DNA of 64,000 nucleotides, taken from positions 23,297 through 87,296 of the forward strand of contig CAYUWR010000038.1 in NCBI GenBank assembly GCA_964448685.1, given 5' to 3'. This DNA is from an uncultured Nitrososphaeria archaeon. GTDB taxonomy: Archaea > Thermoproteota > Nitrososphaeria > JACIWG01. Of this stretch, positions 56,599 through 64,000 are shown in pieces; position 1 is the first letter of the stretch; every line of letters begins with the position of its first letter. The translations under genes and the position numbers were made by a program. The notes below the pieces were generated by a model that saw nothing but the letters and a program-made list of their open reading frames with translations, made no database searches and was not told where the DNA came from.

Positions 56599-57795
56599 TC
56601 AGCGTTCTCTCTGAAGGTATCTTAAGACGATCAGAGAATATATCTTTGTTAGGTCAACTATCTGCTGTACAGGCACATTTTCGTCGACTACGTGGGCCAT
56701 CCTTATGTCGCCGCATCCTAGGATTATGGTTGGAATCCCCGCCCTCACAAAATGTGACATTTCTGTGGTCGCCACCATTCCTCCGATCTTTGGGGTGTCT
56801 CCGACTACATCATGTACAGCCCCTTCCGCAAGCCTGACTATCGTCTCGTCGGCTGATGTCTCTGAAGGAGGCTGAGCGTTGTATAGAGATAGCCTAAACT
56901 TGACTGAGGGATCCTCCAGGCTGATTTCGGCCAATCGCCGATTTAACTCCTTCTCCACATCTGATGGGGTCTCGCCGGGTAGAAGTCTTCGGTCGATGGT
57001 TATCTCGCAGGCATCTGGCACAATGTTGTCCTTGACCCCTCCACGTATCTTGCCAACCGATAATGTTGGTGTTCCCAATATAGGATGTAACCTACCCGAC
57101 TTCTGATATTCTCTAGAGATTTCCTCCAATTTGGTTAGCGCCTTCGACATCTTGAATATTGCATTCACACCTCTTTCAGGTTCGCTTGTGTGCGCTGGCC
57201 TACCATAGGTTGTGAGATTGAAGCGTGCGAATCCCTTATGTGCTATGTTTATCTGTAGACTAGTTGGTTCTCCAACTATAGCAGCAGTTCCCCTGAAGCC
57301 TCTATTTAGAATGTCTTCGGCTCCTCTACAAGAGTCCTCCTCATCCGAAGTGAGTGCGATCAAGACGCCGCCAGAGACGTCCCTTTTGTCTTCCAAGATG
57401 GTCTTCAGGGCGCAGACGAAAGCGGCTATTGAGCTTTTCATGTCGGTTGAGCCACGGCCGAAGAGCTTCCCGTCCTTGATTAGGCCACTGAGTGGGGGAA
57501 TAGACCAGTCTGATAGGTTGCCGAATGGGACGGTGTCAAGGTGTCCATTGAAGATTAGAGTCTTAGAGGCTCCCTCAGACTTCAGGATTGAGACCACGTT
57601 CGGCCTGTTTGGCTTAAAGTCGTACTCGTGTGTCTCTAAGCCAATCGCCTGAAGTAGACTGGACATGAAATCAGCCAATTCTTTCTCGTTTCCGGGAGGG
57701 TTTTGGCTGTCGATCTTCACCATCTTCTGAGCCAGAGAAATGGCTTCTTCGGCCTTAATCTTGTCCAAGACTTCTGCCTCGCGATCAAGTAGCAT
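56599..57795 (-). CDS. M20-family metallopeptidase (ArgE/DapE-like), second copy
   Basis: FNGHLDTVP, FGRGSTDMK, SDEE, GEPT, GRPAHTS and AHVVDE. Confidence 0.9.
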   Translation of the reverse strand: MLLDREAEVLDKIKAEEAISLAQKMVKIDSQNPPGNEKELADFMSSLLQAIGLETHEYDFKPNRPNVVSILKSEGASKTLIFNGHLDTVPFGNLSDWSIPPLSGLIKDGKLFGRGSTDMKSSIAAFVCALKTILEDKRDVSGGVLIALTSDEEDSCRGAEDILNRGFRGTAAIVGEPTSLQINIAHKGFARFNLTTYGRPAHTSEPERGVNAIFKMSKALTKLEEISREYQKSGRLHPILGTPTLSVGKIRGGVKDNIVPDACEITIDRRLLPGETPSDVEKELNRRLAEISLEDPSVKFRLSLYNAQPPSETSADETIVRLAEGAVHDVVGDTPKIGGMVATTEMSHFVRAGIPTIILGCGDIRMAHVVDENVPVQQIVDLTKIYSLIVLRYLQRER

Positions 57796-57974
57796 AGATC
57801 GTTTCTATTGCCGACATGCTATAAAAGCCTTTACATGTTGATCTGCAACAGACAACTTCCTAACTGCACCTCAAAAGTGTATTGATATTTGTTGTCTGAT
57901 AGACGGCTTCAACAAATTTAACCTTTATAATGGTGGTCGAACAGATCAGCCGTAAGGCTCTCCGGTGATCGTGG

Positions 57975-59087
57975 TTGAAGAAGTTGGGTACAGCCGATCT
58001 GCCTCTGCATTTTGGTAGATGCCCAAGATGGCTATTCGAGAGAATGGTCAAGCTGTCAGGGGGGATCGCTGAAGCGATCATCTTGGAGTTCGGAAGAGAT
58101 GAATTCTTGAAGAGAATCTCTGACCCATTCTTCTTTCAGTCCTTAGGGTGTGCTGTGGGATTTGACTACCACAGCTCCGGCCTCACGACGACATTAACAG
58201 GGGCTTTGAAGGAGGCGTTGGCCGCCGGAGAGTATGGTGTCATTGCATGTGGTGGAAAAGGTAACGCTTCGAGGAAGGCTCAGGAAGAGATCGATAGAGC
58301 TGGAGAAATCTTCTCATTCACGTCCCAGAGGATAGCTCAGCTGATGTATGCCAGTAGGATCTCGGCCAAAGTTGACAGCACTGCTATCCAGTCCGGCTAC
58401 CAACTTTATCATCACGTGTTCTTTCTTGAAGAGAGTGGGAAATGGGCTGTTGTCCAGCAGGGGCTCAATGTCGATAGAAGATATGCTCGCAGATATCACT
58501 GGCTTTCAGATGATGTTCACAGCTATGTCGTAGAACCTCATACTGCAATTGTGTCCGATAGGGTTGAAGAAGCCGTCCTAAACCTGACCTCTTCAGGAAG
58601 CCTTGAAACCCAGAAGGTCATCGTTGACATCTCAAGGGAGAAGCCTGTGAAGGTTCAGAACATGGTTCAAGAACTGCATGATAAGACGAGTGTGACGTTG
58701 ATGGATTGGATAGCGCCCCCTCTGAAGAAACCTCTTTCAAATCATCTTGTAATGCCTAGAAGCATAAACTGGGAGGTGGCAAGACAGCTCTATGAAACCC
58801 AACCGCGTGATTTTGAAGAGGTCTTGATGACAAGGGGAGTTGGACCGAATACGATAAGGGCGCTCGCGCTAATATCGAATCTCGTCTACGGAAGTGAGAT
58901 AGATTGGCGAGATCCTGTAAAGTTCAGTTTCTGTGTGGGTGGAAAAGATGGTGTCCCATTCCCGGTGGATAGGAGGGCATATGATGACTCCATCAGTTTC
59001 CTGAAGGGCGCTCTTGAAAACGCGAAGATCGGAAAAGAAGACCGAATTATGGCCTTAAGAAGATTGGGTAAGATGAGTCTCCAGTAA
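57975..59087 (+). CDS. DUF763-domain protein
   Basis: ADLPLHFGRCPRWLF, GFDYHSSGLTTT, WAVVQQG, RYARRYHW and FCVGGKDGVPFPV, recalled as DUF763. Confidence 0.85.
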   Translation: MKKLGTADLPLHFGRCPRWLFERMVKLSGGIAEAIILEFGRDEFLKRISDPFFFQSLGCAVGFDYHSSGLTTTLTGALKEALAAGEYGVIACGGKGNASRKAQEEIDRAGEIFSFTSQRIAQLMYASRISAKVDSTAIQSGYQLYHHVFFLEESGKWAVVQQGLNVDRRYARRYHWLSDDVHSYVVEPHTAIVSDRVEEAVLNLTSSGSLETQKVIVDISREKPVKVQNMVQELHDKTSVTLMDWIAPPLKKPLSNHLVMPRSINWEVARQLYETQPRDFEEVLMTRGVGPNTIRALALISNLVYGSEIDWRDPVKFSFCVGGKDGVPFPVDRRAYDDSISFLKGALENAKIGKEDRIMALRRLGKMSLQ

Positions 59088-59122
59088 TCTTTTATAAGCC
59101 TTCACTTTCACAGATTAACTCG

Positions 59123-60076
59123 ATGGACCTACCATACTATGATGTGGTTGTTATTGGTGCGGGCGCTGCAGGCTTAACTGCCGCGATCTACTCATGCCGT
59201 AGAAGTCTTAGGACACTAGTCATATCAAAAGATATAGGGGGGCAGGCGCTGTTTGCGAGAGAAATCGAAAATTATCCAGGCATCCCACGGTCCAGTGGAG
59301 CAGACATAATCCAGAAGATCTTCGAGCAAGCGCAAGGTTTCGGGGCGGAGATAACCTTAGATGAGGTGAAATCGGTCACAAAAGAGGATGAGGGACGATT
59401 TGTGGTAAAGGCTTTGAGAGGACAGTATCTTTCCAAGGCGGTCATAATTGCTTCGGGAAAGATTCCAAGAGACCTGAAGGTTCCCGGCGAGGAAAGATTC
59501 AAGGGCAGCGGCATATCATATTGTGCGACCTGTGATGCGCCACTTTACAGAGGCAAGAGGGTTGCTGTCGTTGGAGATGGCGGCTACGCCTACGATGCCG
59601 CCGTACTCTTGTCGAAGTACGCTGCCGAAGTCCTGCTTGTATCGAGGAGAAAGACACTTCTAGAAGACGAAGAGCTGGTAGGTGTCATTGATCAGGCCAA
59701 AAATATTATCTTATTGTTGGGGACCAATGTGAAAGAGGTGAAGGGAACACTTAAGGTTACCTCAATAGTTCTGGAATCTGATGAAAAAGGCGTCTTCGAA
59801 ACCGTCGTCGACGGCGTCTTCGTTGAGATGGGGTTCGATGTCAGCGTTGACGCATTCAAAGGCTTGGTTGGAATAGACGACAAGAAGCAGATCATAGTAG
59901 ACAGCAGGAACGAGACAACCGTGGCCGGGGTCTTTGCTGCAGGAGATGTGACAAGCACACCATTCAAACAGTTGGTCGTATCTGCCGCAGACGGTGCAAA
60001 GGCAGCTCTCTCTGCTTACGAATATATTCAGAGATCGGCGGGAAGATCGGCTGTGGTCATCGACTGGCACAAGTAG
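59123..60076 (+). CDS. trxB: Thioredoxin-disulfide reductase
   Basis: IGAGAAGLTAAIY, ENYPG, SYCATCDA and VFAAGDV. Confidence 0.92.
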   Translation: MDLPYYDVVVIGAGAAGLTAAIYSCRRSLRTLVISKDIGGQALFAREIENYPGIPRSSGADIIQKIFEQAQGFGAEITLDEVKSVTKEDEGRFVVKALRGQYLSKAVIIASGKIPRDLKVPGEERFKGSGISYCATCDAPLYRGKRVAVVGDGGYAYDAAVLLSKYAAEVLLVSRRKTLLEDEELVGVIDQAKNIILLLGTNVKEVKGTLKVTSIVLESDEKGVFETVVDGVFVEMGFDVSVDAFKGLVGIDDKKQIIVDSRNETTVAGVFAAGDVTSTPFKQLVVSAADGAKAALSAYEYIQRSAGRSAVVIDWHK

Positions 60077-60133
60077 AGTGGCGAAATTGGACTAGCCGCC
60101 ATCATTTCTTGAACATCTTTAAGTTATATTTTT

Positions 60134-61093
60134 TTGACTTTCAGACTTAAGAATTCTCTTTTTGTTCGATTGCCTGTGACGTGGTCCGTCTGCAATGAAC
60201 ATGAGAAGAAGCTGGTAGTGTCGTCTCTAATACAGTTTCTCTACTACAAGAAGGCTATCTCCTTTGAAGAGTCATCGTCCCTTCTGAAGAAGGTGCGGAC
60301 GACAAAGGCTGAGAAGATGCTGGATTCTATCTACAAGAACAAATTCTTCAACGAGCAGATCTCAATAGGAAGAGAATATGGGAAATACTGGTTCGCTGAT
60401 ACTGCGTGGAGGATCAAGATGAGAAGGGAGATGGTCTCTGCGATCGAGTCCGCATGCTCTGCAGCGGCCTTTCTTGCGTCAAGGCTCAAGTACGATTATT
60501 CGAATGAACTCGTTTACGCAAATTCCACGATGTCTGAAACCTTGAGTATCATGCTTTCGGTCTACTCTGAAATAAACTGTTTCTGCATAGAGCCCTCTTT
60601 TGATGTCAGTCTTCCAGAAAACCTCTTGATACCAGTAGTGCTTGGGTTCGAGACGAACTTGGAGATAGCGAGGAAAGAAGAGGTGCCTTATCTTGGCATG
60701 AGCCTACTCTATAAGATAATGGAAATCAAGAGGAAGATGGCTAAGGTCTATTCCGAATACTGCAGGATTGTCCAGAAAAAGGATGACGGCAGATACTTCT
60801 CTAACTGCCATGATAAAAGGCTGCTGAAGAAGGCGCTTGACGACCCGACGTCGTTCACGATATTCAAATGGCATAGTATATGTGTGAAAAGCCTCTACCA
60901 ACTTGACAGAGACCTCAGAGAGGCCTTCAAGAACTTGGGGGATGTAAAGGTTCTTCAGCAGGATCTCCCACCGTCGCTCTCAGCATCCATCGCATGGTTC
61001 CTTGGCAAGAGAGATGTCGAGCAGACGGTTGATGTGGTCACTAAGGCTCCTGTGGCAGAGGAGTCGAACAGCGATCAGCTGATGTACGGTTGA
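60134..61093 (+). CDS. Hypothetical protein
   Basis: 319-aa ORF filling the trxB-ileS gap; no motif recognised. Confidence 0.65.
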   Translation: MTFRLKNSLFVRLPVTWSVCNEHEKKLVVSSLIQFLYYKKAISFEESSSLLKKVRTTKAEKMLDSIYKNKFFNEQISIGREYGKYWFADTAWRIKMRREMVSAIESACSAAAFLASRLKYDYSNELVYANSTMSETLSIMLSVYSEINCFCIEPSFDVSLPENLLIPVVLGFETNLEIARKEEVPYLGMSLLYKIMEIKRKMAKVYSEYCRIVQKKDDGRYFSNCHDKRLLKKALDDPTSFTIFKWHSICVKSLYQLDRDLREAFKNLGDVKVLQQDLPPSLSASIAWFLGKRDVEQTVDVVTKAPVAEESNSDQLMYG

Positions 61094-61096
61094 CTG

Positions 61097-64000
61097 TCAA
61101 GCCTCTATGTAGATCATCAGCACTTTGTCGTCTACCTCCTGCCTCTTCCAGTCCCCGCCATATTCCCTTGCAATGTTGACTTTCTCTGACCTAACCAGGA
61201 ACCTCAGTTCCTCCCCTTTTTCCCTAACCGTATCCACGAGTTCCTTGTCGTCGCTCCATATCTTGACTTCCTTGACGACTTGGATAGGGTTGAGTCCTTT
61301 TTCCTTGCGATATGCTTGGATCCTTCTAGCTATATCCCTCAATGCGCCCTCCCTTATCAGCTTCTGATCCCTTTTGGTATTCATGCATATCTTCATTCCG
61401 GGGGCTTCGGCAAGCGCATAGCCTCTCTTGGGCTCTAGGAAGTACTGGAAGTCGTCTTGCTCCAACTTGATCTTCTTTTTGCCCAGCTTCAAGATAACCG
61501 TCTTCTTCTTCATCAACGCCTTCGAAAGCTTCGCTGTATCTGTCTTCTCTAGGTACTTCAAGAGATTTGGAAGGTCTCCCTTAAGCTTCTTTCCCAGTGC
61601 CTGCATGTTCGGTCTAAGATTGTATTGGATTGGTGCAGAAGAAGGGTCGTCGGTTATATCAAGATGTTTCACGTTAAGGTTCTCTCTCAGTATTTCCCTT
61701 TCTCGGTCTGTGAATTCCTCCATCTTTTCGAAGACGACAACAACTCTGTCGACAGGCCATCTCCTCTTGAGCTTAGCCTTCATTCTGAGCGAATTGATCT
61801 CGGAATTTATCTTGTCCATCGTCTGAAACTTCCTTTCGACTTCTTCGCTGATCAGCTCACTTCGGATTGGCGGAATTTCTTCAATGAGGATACATTCCTT
61901 CTTGTCGCTGAAACATTCTTGATAGAGTTTCTCGGTGATATATGGACATATTGGATGAAGCAGTATATCCACTGTCTTGAGGCAATAGGAGAGAACAGAG
62001 TAGATGGTCAATCTTCTATTGGCTGTGTTCGGGTCGTCTGTCCAAAGCTCTCTTCTGATTGAGGGAACATACTTCTGGCTCAACTCTTCTATGATGAAGT
62101 TCTCCAAGATCCTGGCGGCCTCATTATATTCTGCCCTACTATATGCCTTCACCGCATGCTCAAGGATCTTCTGGGTTCTTGAGAGTATCCATCTTTCAAG
62201 GAAGTTGATTTCGCCTTTGCTGATGGCCCAGTCGAGGCCATACTTTTTGTCATCGAATCCGTCTACTATACTATTCTGCTGCAGGTAGACATGAAGGTGA
62301 TATAGTGTGTTCAAGACCTGAAACGGTCTACCCAATATTTCATCAGGCTTGAAGACGAGCGTCGAGATAGGGGAGACCTTCCATGCGAAATAGAATCTAA
62401 GCGCATCCACTGAATTATCCATTAGGGTCTTGTTGCCGTCTATGATGTTGCCCAAGCTCTTGGACATCTTTGCTTCATCTGGGCCGAGAATGTGTCCTTG
62501 GAACAGGAAGGCTTTGTAGGCTGGTCTCGGCGCCTTACTCAAGATCACCCCTAATATTAGTAGGCTGTATGCCCAGCCTCTGGTCTGATCGATTCCCTCT
62601 GTTAGGAATTCAACTGGGACAAGCCTGTCATATTCTTCGTCTGTGAAGGCGGCATACTGTGATGCTCCAGAATTGTGCCAAGCGTCCAAGACAAAGGCTT
62701 CTCTGAACGCTTTCCCCCCACATCTACTGCATCTTATGACAATTCTGTCGATCCATGGCCTGTGCAGCTCAAAGTCTGGGCCATCAGGCAGCTCGATGGC
62801 GTTCTCTATTATCTCATTTCTGCTGAAAAGTGGAATCTTTTCCCCACATGCGCTGCATTTCCAGATGGGCAACGGCGCACCCCAAACCCTTTCTCTTGAT
62901 ATACACCATGGCTTCATTTCCTTTATTATGTTCAAGAACCTGTTCTTCGGCGCCTCGAAGAAGTATTCGACCTTCTGAGCTGCCTCCAGCGCCCTTTCTC
63001 CTATTCTATCAACCCAGTAGAAGTACTCTCTTCTTGTAAGCCAAACTAGGCGATGATGTGACCTCCAACAGGTCGGATACTCGTGGACGATCTTCGATAT
63101 CTTCACCAGTAGCCCCTTCCTCTTTAGGTCTTCGACGACTATCGGGTCAGCGTCTCTGGCGAAGATCTGCGCATATTTTCCCGCATCAGAGGTGAAGCGG
63201 ACCATGTCATCGAATGGTGAGAATATTGGCAGCCCCTCTCTTTTGGCTACCTCGAAGTCTATTTCTCCGTTTGAGGGTGCCATGTGGACTAGCCCTGTTC
63301 CCGTACTAATGTCCACGGTTTCGTCCAATACAATAACATGTGTATTGAACTCTTTGTCGAGCTCAGCCTGTCTTGGCACTTCTTCCGCAAGCGGGTAAAG
63401 GTATCTTTCTCCCTCAAGTTCACTGCCTGATATTTCCCCCTTGACCTCGAATTCCGATATTTCCAGCTCTCTCATTAGGTCGTTAACCCTGTTGGATGCT
63501 ATGATCCACTCTTCCCCGTTGACTTCTACGATGGAATATCTCGCGTTAGGGTTAGCTCCGACCATAACATCGGTGACGAGGGTGAACGGCATTGTCGTCC
63601 AAAGTACAATGTATCTTCTCTCGTGGCCGCGGAGTTTGGCCTTGTAGTAAAGAGACGGGTCCTCTAGCATCTCGTATTCGGAGCTCACTTCACTATGGCT
63701 TAACGCCGTCTGGCAGCTGGGGCAGTAGCCTACAACTCGATAGCTTTCTCCCAAAAGTCCCTCCTCCCATGCAGCCTTCAGGATCTTCCATTCTCTCTCG
63801 ATGTACTCGTCTTTGTATGTCCAGTAGTCCTTGTCGTGGTCCATCATGACACCGAGAAGCCTGTCAGCCGAAATCCATGACTTATGGTATGTGGCGACCA
63901 TCTCCTTGGCCTTGGCTACCAGTTTCTCCATGCCAAAGTCGACTATGTCCTGCTTTCCACCGGTTATGCCAAGCTCCTTTGCGGCTTGAAGTTCAACTGG
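61097..64000 (-). CDS. ileS: Isoleucine--tRNA ligase (5' end outside window)
   Basis: WTTMPFTL editing domain, GTGLVHMAP, WCISRERVWG, EGIDQTRGW and KMSKS; frame is open to the window edge. Confidence 0.96.
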   Translation of the reverse strand, partial: PVELQAAKELGITGGKQDIVDFGMEKLVAKAKEMVATYHKSWISADRLLGVMMDHDKDYWTYKDEYIEREWKILKAAWEEGLLGESYRVVGYCPSCQTALSHSEVSSEYEMLEDPSLYYKAKLRGHERRYIVLWTTMPFTLVTDVMVGANPNARYSIVEVNGEEWIIASNRVNDLMRELEISEFEVKGEISGSELEGERYLYPLAEEVPRQAELDKEFNTHVIVLDETVDISTGTGLVHMAPSNGEIDFEVAKREGLPIFSPFDDMVRFTSDAGKYAQIFARDADPIVVEDLKRKGLLVKISKIVHEYPTCWRSHHRLVWLTRREYFYWVDRIGERALEAAQKVEYFFEAPKNRFLNIIKEMKPWCISRERVWGAPLPIWKCSACGEKIPLFSRNEIIENAIELPDGPDFELHRPWIDRIVIRCSRCGGKAFREAFVLDAWHNSGASQYAAFTDEEYDRLVPVEFLTEGIDQTRGWAYSLLILGVILSKAPRPAYKAFLFQGHILGPDEAKMSKSLGNIIDGNKTLMDNSVDALRFYFAWKVSPISTLVFKPDEILGRPFQVLNTLYHLHVYLQQNSIVDGFDDKKYGLDWAISKGEINFLERWILSRTQKILEHAVKAYSRAEYNEAARILENFIIEELSQKYVPSIRRELWTDDPNTANRRLTIYSVLSYCLKTVDILLHPICPYITEKLYQECFSDKKECILIEEIPPIRSELISEEVERKFQTMDKINSEINSLRMKAKLKRRWPVDRVVVVFEKMEEFTDREREILRENLNVKHLDITDDPSSAPIQYNLRPNMQALGKKLKGDLPNLLKYLEKTDTAKLSKALMKKKTVILKLGKKKIKLEQDDFQYFLEPKRGYALAEAPGMKICMNTKRDQKLIREGALRDIARRIQAYRKEKGLNPIQVVKEVKIWSDDKELVDTVREKGEELRFLVRSEKVNIAREYGGDWKRQEVDDKVLMIYIEA

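Noticed and set aside
1-64000. tRNA/rRNA genes and the many antisense ORFs nested in long genes
   Set aside because: No cloverleaf or rRNA signature was seen by eye (a tRNAscan-SE/Infernal run would confirm). The nested ORFs lie opposite well-supported genes and lack motifs.

Overview
Gene-dense archaeal chromosomal window of the TACK type. TFB, TBP, SUI1, archaeal IleRS/CysRS and BRE-TATA promoters are present; a deep-branching, non-ammonia-oxidising Nitrososphaerota- or Bathyarchaeia-like organism is my inference only. About 55 CDS are supported: transcription/translation housekeeping genes, a five-gene peptide ABC transporter, amino-acid catabolism (gdhA, ltaE, alanine dehydrogenase, two M20 peptidases), several membrane proteases, two moeA genes, carAB and a [NiFe]-hydrogenase maturation cluster (hypF, hypC, hypD, hypE). 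I saw no rRNA, tRNA, CRISPR array or intact transposase. The observations most worth following up are: (1) carAB head-to-head with hypF, whose substrate it makes, with a Cys-rich methyltransferase and a thioredoxin embedded in the hyp cluster; (2) an AT-rich islet (about 27.6-29.05 kb) holding a membrane gene split by an exact 20-bp tandem duplication, next to a box C/D sRNA-like sequence scrambled by further short duplications; (3) a stem-loop leader in front of an APC permease-USP operon; (4) a possible IS200/IS605 right-end remnant upstream of tbp; (5) two small ORFs below the ORF-track cut-off. All family assignments come from motif recognition by eye; no database search was run.
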